From Schmidtea polychroa (Eukaryota): DNA of 64,000 nucleotides. Shown here piece after piece: positions 14,712 to 27,899 of the stretch. The position numbers were made by a program, and so were the translations under genes. Below the pieces are notes generated by a model. The model was not told the origin of the DNA and searched no databases. It worked only from the letters and a program-made list of their open reading frames with translations. How positions within the stretch are numbered: the stretch's first letter is position 1; every line of letters begins with the position of its first letter. The stretch is taken from NCBI GenBank assembly GCA_044892525.1, contig CM097885.1, positions 41,480,001 to 41,544,000 on the forward strand. The letters are read 5' to 3'.

Positions 14712-17288
14712 AGATAGATGTGCATTTTGATGGGAATAACACAACAAATAAACATTGGAAAAGCTAGATTTATTTAGTGCTGACTCGATCGATATGTTTG
14801 GCAGGACAAATAATTATAAAGCTTTCGACAAACTAATTACGGTTGGCGTGCGGCTATTGATATTCAGACAAAAATGTATTCTAGCAGTCGTGTTGTTGTT
14901 GTTGTTGTGGTTGTTGTTTTTGTTTTGATAAACCATAAATGGTAAAAGCCATGGAGAAATAAATTTACTAACAAATTATCTAAACAACTTCAATGCTAAT
15001 TATATGTAGTTATGTTTATCGACAACAAATATGACTGAAATGTCGGGAAATATTATATTTGCTATGCCTAGTTATTAATATCCCACATGTTTATTTTCGT
15101 AATATTGTTTTCAATTAATGTGATTTGTGTTTATTTAAACTCATAAATGGTAAAAAAATTTACAGAAAAATTTAGAAAAAACTGTTTTGTAAACATTGGG
15201 TTTTTTTTGTGTTTTTGATTTGTTGCGTTTTGTTTGTATTTTTTCAAACAACACTTTTACTACATTGTATTGTTTTTTGTTGATATTTGAAATTAGAAAT
15301 GTGCTCGTTTGAGTTTCAATGTAAACAAATTTTTTTAAATAAAATAACCTATGTGAATAAATCATGTGACAAAGTGCAAATGAAGAACAGTCTTTTTTTT
15401 AAAATAAATTTGTTAACTTAAAAACAAAAAATTGAATTAGGATTTTTTTTTAATATTGTGTTTTGAGTGTTTTAGAAAAATATTTTAAGATTGAGTTGAT
15501 TTCTAATTCAGATTAACAGTGTAAATTATTTTTTTTTAATTTCTGTTATAATATTTGTTTTTCTCAATTAAAATTACAATTCTGTTAATTTCAAGTTAGA
15601 CTTAGAAAAGTGCATTTGAAGTCATTGTACAATAATTTGCAATTTTTTGATTTTTTTAAATATTCATTTAAATGGGATAAATTTGTCAGAAAAGGTGTTT
15701 TTAAAAAAATTTTAACAATAAATAATTTATTACTTTTGAATACATTCTATGTCACACATGTTTCGTCCTGGAGGCCACACAAGAATTTATTTTTTTGATT
15801 TGTTATTAAAATTTTAGTCGATAATATTTACTGTGTATAAATCATTCTAAGAAATCTAGGAGTTCTTGGAAAACGAGCATATGTCACAGGTAAGAGAGTC
15901 AACGTTTTTAAATTGTTATTTTACAAATAATATAATACAAAGGCTTCTTTCAAAATCCCACAATTTCATCAAATGTCGTCTTATGATTTATCTTGTCACT
16001 TTTCACCAGACAACTATTTTATTCCATTATATTATGTCATAATTAGATTTTATTAAAAATTTAATTGTAAGAACTGTATTAGGGATTTTAAAATTGTTGC
16101 ATAAAAATTCGAGAACTTATAAAAAGTTGCGCTCACACCTTCCTCAAAATCAAAGGAAATATTAAAACCTACTTGGTAAAGACTAAAAATTGTATAACCC
16201 AAGACATCTCAGAATTCACTTAATGTCATTTATTTGGCTGACACCATAGCAAGATTTAAATCCCAACAAATGAAATCATTTTGACATGCCGTTGGTAATG
16301 CTCATATTCAAAGCCGGCTATACTAAATCTGGCACTATGGATGACATTTCTTTATTTGATTAAAAATTTAAATAAAAAATACATTTTTTATTTAGGCGAT
16401 ACAACTTTACAGTCAAAGAGAACAATTATCAAATTCTGTCGCACTTAACTCGGCTCTCAAGGTGTCATCCAGGCTCAACACCCTCAAAGCTGGCTCTATG
16501 TTAAAATTTAAAACAGGCTTTAAGAAAATTCCTTAGGAATGTTTATTATTTAAAATGTACTTTATTTCATAGTTATTATTTTATAATTTTCATTTTGTTT
16601 TAATTATTATTTCAAAAATAATCAACCATAATTTTCATTTTCACTTTTGAGTTGTCTATAATTGATAAATTAAAAGTGATAATGATTAAATTGAAAATTT
16701 ATATTCCATTTGAGTCTTATTTATAACAACCAAAACATTTGTTACTTACAAATAATCACTAGTAAATATTATTAAATATTTAAGAAATTAATATGGAGTT
16801 ATACTATATATATTTTCATTGGGTTTTAAATGAAATAAATAAGCAACAGTCGATATTTCTGATTCCTCGTACTCTTTTATATTCAATAAACAATGATAAC
16901 ACCCAACGTATAAAATGAAAAAGTAGATAGATGTGTGGAATCCACCCCAAAAGGAATCCTCGACTCTCACAATTTTTTTTTGGCGACTACGGGGTTTTTT
17001 AGACATCCCATAAATTTATTTAATTTTGTTTTAAGGATAATTACGTAATAATTTTAATTAATTGATTAAGTAATTTTAAAATTTGTTTTAATAGGTTATT
17101 ACATAATATTTTTAATTTTGTTTAAATCGATGATTATATAATTTTTAAAATTGATAATAATAATAATAATAATAATTTTTTTAAAAGAGAGCTTGAAGAC
17201 TATAAATCGGTAATATATCGATGTTTTATGATACTCACGAATTTTCGGCACTGCCTTTTTCAAGTGAATTTGGAGGGAAAAAAAGTTC

Positions 17289-17333
<45 letters not shown>

Positions 17334-18345
17334 GTGGTTCCTAATCGATATGGTTGTTCACTAGAATCTGAAATCGTATACGATTTAAATAAAAACCATG
17401 CCATAATTATTTTAATAAATATAGAACTTATTTCAATAAACGAATTAAATAATGTAAATTTGAAGATGGGTTCAACAAAAATTCGATTTTGTTTGAAAGT
17501 AGAATATGTTACTAATATTAATAACGGTAATCATAGAAATAGACCGTGCCATTATAATAATTCCGACTTAAAATTTGATTCTGTCGATCAACCCATGCGC
17601 CTTTCTAATACTTCTAAATTTGAATCCCAAAATTCAAGTTTATCCATAATTGTATAATGAAAATATTTTAAATGATGAAAAAATTAGTGAAGAAGTTATT
17701 AAACATGTTGATATCTTATATAGGTCTAAAATTATTGGGGAAATTAATTAATTAAATTTTGTCATTTGTGTAAAAAGACATTAGTTGATTTAGTAAGGGA
17801 TTATGACTAGTTTTCCGGACAATTTTTGGGTGCGGCTTGTTTAAATTGTAATTTATCAGTAAAACTAGACCAGTTACTTTCCTGAATTTGAGAGGATTTG
17901 ATTTCCATCATATTCTCAAATTTTGATTAAATTAATTTAATTTTTGGAATATTAAGTTTATTTGCAAGAATCAATAGATTAGCTATAAAATTTATCGATT
18001 CTTGTCATTTTTAATGACTTTTTAAAAATGCGGTATATACTTTAACATCATTACCATTGATAAGTGGCGAATTTCGTAGGTAATTGTTAATATTAAGCGG
18101 ATATTCCTATATAAATTTGCTACTAGTCTTAAAGTGCTTCAGGGAACTCCCATATTACCAAACAATTCAGGATGTTGTTATTGAAGCAGAATATTCTTTG
18201 ACTCAATGTATATAGGAGGAAATTAACTCTAATTCACGTATGGATTACATGATGGTCTATTAAATTTGATGTCTTTTTACTTGTGGATTATTTCCAATAT
18301 TTTAGGGCGAAATCAATAACTCATAACAGATTGAAACCCTTAGAC
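17334..18345 (+). pseudogene. Fragmented Polinton pPolB relic, paralogous to 49668-53363
   Basis: YGCSLESEIVYDLNKNHAI, MGSTKIRFCLKVEY, GNHRNRPCHYNNSDLKFDSVDQPMRL and CHLCKKTLVDLVRDYD*FSGQFLGAACLNC are collinear with matching segments of the long pPolB ORF. Large deletions and stops. Confidence 0.9.
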
Positions 18346-18661
18346 CTTTGAGCCCGACAAGCCGGAAAACCGGTTTAAAAATTAGGCATATATGTCCGAA
18401 AACCCGGTTTTCTGGCCCGATGATTTGGCGTCATACCCCGAGTAGTGGTATATCGTGTTATTAAATATAATTAGCGGCGAACAGAAATAAACGACGCACA
18501 TTTCTTTTTAATGCGTTTATGATTATAAAAATTAATTTGTGGAAAATTTGAAAGAGAAAGTGTTTATATTTTGTAAATTACATTTTCAAAAAAAAATTCG
18601 GTTATTCTATATTATTTTTATTTATATTATATTATTATTTGGTTATAATTATTATTATAAT

Positions 18662-18760
18662 TAGGGAATGCAAAACCGGTAAACGATTAACTTGGTATTA
18701 TTTTAAAAAAAATTACCAAAATTACCGGAAATTTTGGTAATTTTTTAAAAATAATTTCAA
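18662..18760 (+). mobile_element. Orphan hAT-like end
   Basis: TAGGGAATGCAAAACCGGTAAACG followed by TTACC/CCGG subterminal motifs; no partner end found. Confidence 0.45.
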
Positions 18761-19022
18761 TATTACCCTTGAAAAATAATTTAACTATATTTTAAATTCA
18801 TATCCGTTATCCAAATTTACCAATTAAAATTATAAGTCCTGAAAATTGTGTTAATTCGAGGAAATTGAAAGATAAAACATTGTAACATTGTTCTATTTAT
18901 GAAACATAGAAACTAACCAAGTAGAAATAGTAATAGTACCGTTACGTGTGCTATTAATTCGTAAGTGTGGATGATTATGTGTGGTTACTATCAAATTTAC
19001 TAGTTGGAAACTAGATAGCGGT

Positions 19023-21515
19023 TATAGTTCCTCTACCGGTAAAAACCTTTACCGTTTACCGGTAAATTGCGCATTTTTACATTACCGTTTACCGGTAAAA
19101 ATATTTACTAAATTACCGGTAATACGGTTATTGTGCAAAATAAAAAAATATTATATTTATCCTATAACAATAAATATAAAAACCAGTAAAACTGAATTAC
19201 TTAAAGAACTGTGCATGTGATTTTGTGATTTTTTATTTAAAATAAATAATATTTCGTAATACATAGAAACAAATTTTTAGAAACAAAAAATCTCGTAAGT
19301 AATATAAGATTTATCTATAACGTTATTGATTTATTATTAAAATAAAATTATATTGAAAAATTAATATTTTTTAATAAATAGAATATTGTTTAAATAGAAT
19401 ATTGTTTAAATAGAATATGGGTTCTTCAAATGTTTGGGAGCATTTTGAAAAGCGAAAAGACAGTAATAAAGAAGCTATATGCAGATTATGTAAAAAATCT
19501 ATTAAATGTGATGGGGGTTCAACAAGTGGAATGATTTCGCACCTTAAACTTGTACATAAAATTTTGATCAAAAAAGCAGCTGATAATGATGCAGGTCCTA
19601 GTACTTCTGCCTCTACATTTAAAAAGGATAAAATATTAATATCCAGTATTTACAACGTGAAACTTTAGAAGAGATTGTGTCTAGACTAATTGCTTTAAAT
19701 GGTTTCTCTTATTATGGCGTCACAAATTCGTCTTTCATTCGGCAAAGTATAAATAATCTAGGACACAAGCTTCCAAAAAATTCAACGGGCACGATGGAAT
19801 TGGTAAAAGTTTATTACGAAAAAATAAAAATACAACTTGTAGAACAATTACAGTCCAAAATTTCTATTGGGAAACGATTTTCGCTGTCTGTAGACGAATG
19901 GACAAGCATCAAAAATAGAAGATATTGCAATATTATTTTGTATGATGACAAAGAAAATTACAATCTTGGTTTAGCAAGAATAACTGGAAAATGCGATGCA
20001 AAAAATATTCAGGCAATAATAAGAAACCGATTAAATGAGTTCAACGTAGATTTTGATCATCATATTTTATGTTCAATCAACGATGGTGCAGCAGTAATGC
20101 AGAAATATAATAGAGAAAGTCCAGTTGAACCGGTATTATGCTTAAACCATGCACTACATTTATCAGTAACCAAGTTTTTCTACCAAAAATATGTTGATGA
20201 AACTGATCAGAGTTCAATTGCAAATGAGAAAGACATTATTTTGGAAGAGGAATATGACAGTGACGCTGACATTGATGATGGTGACTCTGCTGAACCAGAT
20301 AACCATATGATAATTGAAAAGATAAACGAGGCAATTGAAAATGATGAATACAGTCATTCAATGTTTTTCATTCAATTGTAAGCCTTACGCAGCGTCATTA
20401 AATATTTTCGATTATCGTCATTGAAAAATGATTTTTTGCAATAGAAGATAAAAAATCAACTTGGCAAAGAACTGGAATTAAAAATAGATATAAAGACACG
20501 TTGGAATTCCATCGATCCCATGATAGAACGATATTTACAAGTAAAAGAAGAAGTAAAAGAAGCCTTAGAATATTTTAATTCTCTTCATTTGTTAGCCAGA
20601 ATAGACGAAAAATATTTGATAAACATTCAAAAAATTTTAGAGCCAGTTCGGATTGCCGCAGAAGCCTTAGAAAGAAATGATGCTACACTATTTACCGCGG
20701 AAAGTGTAATTGAATTGTTATGTTCAACATTGGAAAAAAATACCGATTCACCAATAACTTCTAACTTCTTAGTTTGTTTGAAAAGATAAATTGATAAAAG
20801 ACGTAATATTAAATTATTGTCTCTTGTACAGTTCATGCTTCATCCAAAAAATTTAATGAAACGAAATGTTCACTTTGATTACTGTTCAAAGTTATCGACA
20901 GTGGCATTTGGGAAAAAAATAATTGAAAGATTATTCAAATCAGATTCAGAAAATAATGTCGAGACCGGCCTTTTAAATACTGACTTGAAATCTCAATTTC
21001 AAAAAGCTATTTCTACAGCTATGGTTTCCATTTCCAGTAAACCAGTAGGATTATTATCATCAGTCCAGAAAGAGTTTTTATTTTTTGAAGTATCCGGGAA
21101 AAAAAGTCATAATCTCACACTTTTGTTCGAAGCTCTGCAAACCGCAAAACCAACATCTACAGACAATGAAAGAACATTCTCCATAGCGAGCCGAGTTTGC
21201 ACTAAAATAAGAATTAGGTTATCGGATGAAAATTTGCACATTATCGTTTTCCTTAAATATTTCTTTTTGAAACAAAATGTTAACAAAAATAATGAATAAT
21301 TTAAATTTTTGTATTTAGTTCTTTTCTTGAATGATTTCTTTTATATAATATGTATGAAATAAACATATTGTAATGTTTTTTTTCAATTAAACCATGATTT
21401 TGTTTAAATTTCTGGTAAAATGTTTATTACCGAAATTTACCGGTTTTACCGGTAATACGATTGTTAATTTACCGTTTACCGGTAAAATAAAACATACGGT
21501 AATTGAGGAACAGTA
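19023..21515 (+). mobile_element. hAT (Ac-like) DNA transposon, full length but inactivated
   Basis: Perfect 8-bp TSD ATAGCGGT (19015-19022; 21516-21523). Imperfect TIRs TATAGTTCCTC/GAGGAACAGTA and clustered TTACCG/CCGGTAA subterminal repeats at both ends. Confidence 0.92.
19417..21299 (+). pseudogene. hAT transposase with BED zinc finger
   Basis: BED finger VWEHF..CRLC..GSTSGMISHLKLVH; SVDEWTS, NDGA, CLNHALHL, TRWNS and PTSTDNERTFS motifs. One frameshift (~19640) and stops at ~20379, ~20441 and ~20787. Confidence 0.92.
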
Positions 21516-21523
21516 ATAGCGGT

Positions 21524-21764
21524 TGGTCATAGGTCAAAGGTCAAGCATGCATAAGAGGTCAATGGTCAAATATTATGTAAGAGGTCAATTATTACACCAT
21601 TATATAAAAATACGTAACTTTATAAAATTACGTAATACTAAAACCCATAGATACATATACAAATATTACATAATATATTATATCCTGTGAAATTTGGCTT
21701 GGTATTTACTCCTCACTTGTCACTGCCCATTGAAGCAATTTAGTACCACTCCCACCTTACTACT
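21524..21764. repeat. Relic right TIR of a related Polinton
   Basis: Shares AGGTCAAAGGTCA, TTACGTAA and TTTGGCTTGGT..TACTCCTCACTT with 53880-54314, and ends in ACTACT at 21764. Confidence 0.8.
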
Positions 21765-22136
21765 CAATAATTAATCAGAAGTTAATAAATATTTTCATTA
21801 ATTATTTCCTTTTATTTTATTATTTTTATTTAATTAATTAATTATTATAATTTTATTTCTTTATTAATTTTTTTATTTTGTTATTTAATTTAATTTATTT
21901 GAGTTTAAATTTAAATTATTAATTCTTATATGTAATTCTTATTACTCTTTTCACTAATTTACACAAACTGAGACAAAAATGCTCAAAATATAAAAATATA
22001 TTAGTCAAACTTATTATACATTTAATTCTAAAAAAAGTCAATAAAAACAAAATTTTTAACAAATATTTATTTAAATAACATCTGGTATATCTTCAGCTGA
22101 TTCTTTGATTTGCGAGAATGATGGATCCGGATCGAA

Positions 22137-22305
22137 TTATTGAACAGCAAATGAGGCACTTCTCATATAATGCCCATATGCATACCTTTTATTTTTCTCC
22201 ACCCAAACCCTTTTATCATCTGCGTTGGTAAGTGCAGTTTTTTCATTTTTTATGGCGAATAGCTTGTTATTTTTGATAGTTATTCTAGTTTGCGGTACAG
22301 AAAAA
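22137..22305 (-). pseudogene. Polinton pPolB C-terminal fragment
   Basis: FSVPQTRITIKNNKLFAIKNEKTALTNADDKRVWVEKNKRYAYGHY aligns with ISVPQSRIVSKNHQLFKIKNIKLALTNNDDKRYWINKNESVAYGHY of the long pPolB ORF. Confidence 0.85.
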
Positions 22306-22624
22306 ATTAATCAATTAAAAGTTAAGCAGATCTTTTTTGAATAAAAATAAGAATTCTATAGTCTTTCGTTGTAATTTTATTTAAATTATTTTCAATTCCA
22401 TGTGGTGTTTTAAAATGGTTGAGTTGACAATTATTCGTTTTTTGACGAAAATCAACATTTTTGTTAAATTTAGACATTAAGAAAAGGTTATTTACTGTTA
22501 TTTACTGATTGTTATTAAAAATATTTTTGAATTCTAACACAAATAAAAAAATTAATTAATTTAAAAAGCTAAACATACATGGCAATGATTTAATTATAAG
22601 ATAACGCCAATCAAACATTCTTTT

Positions 22625-22665
22625 CACGATATATTTCGACAGTTTTCCTGTCATCATCAGGTGGG
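22625..22665 (-). ncRNA. Minimal type I hammerhead ribozyme in an inverted Penelope pseudo-LTR (~22570-22790)
   Basis: Minus strand CCCAC-CTGATGA-T-GACAG-GAAAA-CTGTC-GAAA-TATATC-GTG: core CUGAUGA/GAAA, 5-bp stem II, palindromic stem III and CAC/GUG stem I. Confidence 0.8.
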
Positions 22666-22794
22666 ATATAATAACTATATAAATTAAGGATTTTAAACAA
22701 ATTTATTTATTTTAAGAAAATTTTATATTATTTAATAAAAATATTTCATTTTTTTTAAAAACCATAATTAAAATTATATATTATTATTTTTAAA

Positions 22795-23660
22795 ATGAAA
22801 CTTAGTAATTGTCTTTCAAGTAAAGATGTGCAAATAATACATAAAAGAACGTTAAAAAGAATGTTGGAATCAGAGAAGAAAAGGAGAACATCCTTGGATA
22901 AAAAAACTATTAAATATTGGATTTACTTTGAATCAAATAACAAATGAGTTTTGTTTGCAGTATATGTTGAATGGTGTATTAAAAATTCAATTTCTCAGTT
23001 AAAATCAAAAGAGAATGCTCATATTAATAAATTAAAAAATTTGAGAAAATTATTTGGGATCTCTAAATTTAGTGTAGAAAATACATTAATAAATATGAGT
23101 AAAGTTGTTTTGTCTGAAAAGGAGGATCGTATTTTGAAATTTGGTCCCAATCATTCCATTAAGAAAAGAATTGATGAAACAAAATTATTATACTAATTAT
23201 GTGAAGATTGTGTTGAGTTCGAGTACGATGGAGTATATTGATAAAAATAAAAAGCAGAATATTAAAGATTTTACTGTATTAAAGAATTTAGCTAAAAAAT
23301 ATATCAATATATGCAAGTTTGACAAAGGAAATGGATTGGTAATTCTCGACCACGATGTATATGTGAATAAGCTTAATGATGTTTTGAATGCTCCCCAGTT
23401 TGTGAAAATAGAGATTTCTCGAAAAAAATGGAATACAGCCTCCTCTTAAGGATGAGAATTTCTTAAAAGAGATACTGAATAAATTAATTAAAAATAAGCA
23501 AATTGATGAAGAGTGGTTTAAATCTATTCGCCCAATGGGTTCACAACGAGCAACAATGTATAGGCTTCCAAAAATCCATAAAGATGGCGTGCCTATGAGA
23601 CCCGTTTTATCCATGATTGGCACTGCCCAGTATAAAATAGACAAATTTTTGGATTTTTTT
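22795..23660 (+). pseudogene. Penelope-like retroelement, N-terminal RT region
   Basis: ICKFDKGNGLVILD and MYRLPKIHKDGVPMRPVLSMIGT are the PLE DKG and PKxHK..PxRP motifs. Frameshifted and 3'-truncated. Confidence 0.88.
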
Positions 23661-24447
23661 ACTGGGTTATTGATTTAACAATTATATTCCTTTTTCTGTT
23701 TCTTCTTTGGGTGTTTCATCTTATCCTTCATTAAATACGGTTTAAATTTCACCTTTTCTCTCCTTGAATTCTGAATATTCTGTGTTATATAATCACTTCT
23801 ATAACTCTGCTTCTCCAAATAAATTTTCTTCTGTCTTTTGCAATTAGTGTCTTTCTTTTATACCTTGCCATTTCCTGACACTTGTAGATAATCATCTTGT
23901 TTTCCAGCATATTCCTTCGAACATTCCTAATTCTAGTATTATCCCTGACATTTGTCAAGATATACCATTTTATTTTTTTTTCTTGCCTTTTTATTTTTCC
24001 TACAGTTCTAGTGATTTATTTATTATCTCGTGTAAACTTAAAATAAAGAGTTTCCATTCTGAATTGGTTTTTGTTTTTCTTATTTTCATTTGCACTTATT
24101 AATTAAAAGCGACTATGTCGCGTTCTATTGTTCGATTTCATTGATTTTTGCAATATCTTTTTCTTCCCAGTGTTTGGCTGATTCACGTTTCGATATTGAT
24201 TTACCGATGTACACAAATTTCTTGTCATGCCAGCCTTTTAGGAATGGCGTCAAATATTTCATTCACATGTCGAGAAAGCGATCTGAATTTCATGCTGCAA
24301 TGCATGTTTTAACTTTTTTTACAGAAACTACTAGATTCTTTAAAAATCTAGAAATTGCTGATTTTTATGCAATGCAATTTTTTTGTATCAGGTAATTACG
24401 CATTTCTTCAAGAGATCAGTAAAGATATTCTTCAAGGAAGTTTAATA

Positions 24448-24661
24448 CCGTATTAGCACGAATATAACGCGACAATTTTTAACATTTTATTTTTATTAAA
24501 TTTTGGTTTAAATTAATTCAATTTATTGTCATGAATATAACTTATGTATTACTTTTAATTACCTAACCAAACGCTTATCTGAATAAATTTCCCTTAATTT
24601 TAATTGTTTTATGAGTTTTTTATTCTAACATCGGGGTCGCGTTATATTCGGACTAATACGG
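24448..24661. mobile_element. Tc1/mariner-pogo-type MITE
   Basis: 26-bp TIRs CCGTATTAGCACGAATATAACGCGAC / GTCGCGTTATATTCGGACTAATACGG (2 mismatches), flanked by TA. Confidence 0.88.
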
Positions 24662-24931
24662 TAATTTTTTTCTATATCCTTCGGAAATTCTTCGTATTCC
24701 GCCACTTTTGATATTTGAACATATTTTTTATATTTGTAAAAAATAGCTGTGACTGTACTTTTGAAGATTCCTAATTGTCTTCAAAAATTATAATAACCTT
24801 CGCCAACATTTTTTGATAACAAGAGTTCAACAGTATTAAAAAGGTTAGTATCCTTTGTTTTTAGTATGTCAATGTAAACTAACCTAACGAATGGATCGTG
24901 CGAAGGGAATCTGAGTTGCAAACACAAACAA

Positions 24932-24989
<58 letters not shown>

Positions 24990-25014
24990 AACGAAAAAGA
25001 ATCTTAGTTAAGAA

Positions 25015-25476
25015 TCAGTTCCTGTCTTTATTCAAACTGAGATAATCATAAATCAAATAATAAATATGGAATATTAATAAAAAAGCTGTAAATACACACA
25101 TAAAAATAGAGCAAATTTTCATTATTGTCCCCATCAGCGAACCGCTGTATTCAATAAAAAACAAACTTATTGAACTGCAAATAAAAATAAAACAAATGAC
25201 AATTTCAAAAAATATCGATACAAATAAAAGTTTCACATTTAAAGATTTAATTCCCATAATTAGAATAATTCCAGTAACTAAGAACAAATTTCCCTCTACA
25301 CAGAAAATGATGAAAAGCTTATTCATCCCAATAAGGAAAGCACCGTACATAATGTAAGGAAATACCAGAATTATGTATAAAATCCCAAACCCAGTGTGCT
25401 GCTTGGCGGACATTTTCAAATAAACTGAATTCGAATTCCTGGACTCAGGTGCGGTTTGATTCACTTCGGAGCTCAT
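25015..25476 (-). CDS. Uncharacterised ~4-transmembrane protein (153 aa, single exon)
   Basis: Intact ATG-to-stop ORF with a polar N-terminus and four hydrophobic segments. No family recognised. Confidence 0.6.
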   Translation of the reverse strand: MSSEVNQTAPESRNSNSVYLKMSAKQHTGFGILYIILVFPYIMYGAFLIGMNKLFIIFCVEGNLFLVTGIILIMGIKSLNVKLLFVSIFFEIVICFIFICSSISLFFIEYSGSLMGTIMKICSIFMCVFTAFLLIFHIYYLIYDYLSLNKDRN

Positions 25477-25585
25477 CTTTCAAAAGGTTTTAATATCTAT
25501 GTAAGGTTGTTGTAAATAATTCATTAATTATAAATATATTAAATATAATGACAAAAATATAAAATTATAAATAAATTCAATATTC

Positions 25586-26132
25586 TAAGAACTTTTTTTC
25601 CAATTTCACAACTGATTATTATTTCCATTGAATTTATTAAAAAGAGAGATTGACGACTATAAATCAGTAATATATCGATGTTTTTTGATACTCACGAATT
25701 GTCGGCACTGCCTTTTTAAGTGAATTTGAAAAAGGCAATGCCGAAAATTCGAAAATTCAAGCTCTCTTTATAATAAATTCAACATTGTTTTGATAGTTTT
25801 AAAATAGTTCAATAGTATGAAATTTATTTTACACTTCAAAATTCAAAAAACAATAAAATAAATATATATCATGTCTTAGTTCTTTTATCTCTGGAGTCAT
25901 TTTACTAGAAGTTTGGTAAAATAAAATTTTTAAAATTAGTTAAGTAATTTTATATTATTAATTTAATTTTTAAGTTGTTTAATAAATAATTTTTATGCTT
26001 TTGATTTAATAACTTTTAAAAATGTTTTTGTTAATTTCTGATGAATTTAATTGTAGTGCCTCCGACATTCCAATTAATAAATACAATGTCAATTGAATAG
26101 AAGTCAATGGTGAAAATTGAAAAAAATCCTTA
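25586..26132. mobile_element. Longer copy of the TAAGAAC MITE family
   Basis: Same termini and GACTATAAATCAGTAATATATCGATG core as 4022-4263. Confidence 0.7.
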
Positions 26133-27204
26133 TAATATATTAATTTAAAAATTAAATTACAAATGCATTATTAATTCAAGTAAATTAAATCACGTTGTTT
26201 AAATAGTCATTTTTCTTTCGATCATCACCACTTTTTATTTCGAAATGTTTTCAAAACCATGGAATTTTATCAATTTGACGAAAGTCTGTTTACTCCCAAG
26301 ATAAATCATTTCTAAAATCTAATATTAGAATATGCGAAAATCAGATTGTCACACAGGCCATTGTCTCGATTCTATATTAGATTCATTATGGTATCAACAC
26401 CACTTTTCCGATTCTTGATATATTCATGCGCCATCAATATTCGAAGTTTTACTAACGAAAATATCAAATCGCGTTACAAATCCTCAAACGAACTACAGAT
26501 CGCCCCTGATTGGAGCTATACCAAATATAATTGGACCAATAATCACTCATTGATCTTGAATAAGAAATAAATTGTTTACGATAAAATAACGTCGTCGGAT
26601 CAAAAATTGTATAAATGCATTGCTAGAGGAGATTCTTAATTCAATCATCAAATAAAATTGAAGCATCAGTACGGTTCAAACCTACTGGATTTATTTAAAT
26701 GAATTCCAGTGAATAAAAGTTTCTATAGTACACCATGGTGTACACACCAATGGTAGGTGACTCGCCATTTATAAGAAAATGAAGTTTTTAAGTTGATTTA
26801 TTTAATTTTAGAAATGGATTTCAAGTAAGTTTTTTTAATTTTAAGGCTTGGATTTTATTCGCTGAAACATTAAAATTTTACACACAGGTAAGTTTGTGTA
26901 TTCCGATACTACATCAAAGCGCAATTGCTAATGGCTAATTGGACATTAAATAAAAGCCAGTTGAATGCGCTTAGTGTTAATTTTAATATTAACGATAATT
27001 TTTAATGTTAAATTCTATGTAATTAAATAATTTATTTTTTTTATTTAATATAAATATTTTTTAGATTTTTTGATAAGAGATAAAACATTTATATATTCAT
27101 TTATATATATATATATATACTGAATTTTTAAAAGTGGAAGATAAACACCATGATCGATAAACCAATCCCTTCACCATATTTCTTTTATATTTAAATTTAC
27201 AAAA

Positions 27205-27290
27205 ACTATGGAAAATTGCTTCTTTTCAATATGAAAAACTAATTGTGTATAAAACGTATGTTGATGATATTTTTCTGATATTTAACTTAA
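27205..27290 (+). pseudogene. Small Penelope-like RT catalytic fragment
   Basis: YKTYVDDIFLIFN (YxDD motif in PLE-like context). Confidence 0.5.
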
Positions 27291-27390
27291 AATGAATTAA
27301 TTTAATTATATAATGAATGTCATCTTGGTACTTATTTATTGAAATTTGAATCATCAAGCACTCACCCTCCTCATTAGGGAGTGATCGACT

Positions 27391-27899
27391 CAGGGACGTA
27401 GCCAAGATTTCAGATTTATGAGGGGGCAAAATTAATAATTATTGCAATTCATCGAGCAATTTTAAAAGTTGACACGGAAAAATAGAAAAAAATATTTTAA
27501 GATAATTAACAAATTTATTATTAATTATTAACAATGTATATTACATAGAATATTCTACAATATAATATTAATTCGTCTTTGTTCCTTTCATTAATTCAGA
27601 AAGTATTTAACCTGGACTTATTTATGTCTTGAAGAATATATAACAAAGCCAAACCGTTTAACCTTTTTTCATTCATGGTATTTCTTAAATATGACGAACG
27701 CTCTGCTGTGCAAGTTGATACGGGCAAAGTAGCAAATGTTGTGAATATATAAATATTTTTATAAAAACTTGGATCACATATTGCTAATGTATCTAGATCA
27801 GTAGTCAGTTTGATTTCAATATCTTCAAATTTTTTGTGCTCTAATTTATATTTGATAATCTATAATTAATTTATTTGTGGGGGGGTCTAAATGTCCCTG
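27391..27899 (-). mobile_element. Internally deleted hAT element
   Basis: Perfect 8-bp TSD GATCGACT and TIRs CAGGGACGT/ATGTCCCTG. Minus-strand remnant LPVSTCTAERS..LRNTMNEKRLNGLALL of the hAT C-terminal domain. Confidence 0.88.
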
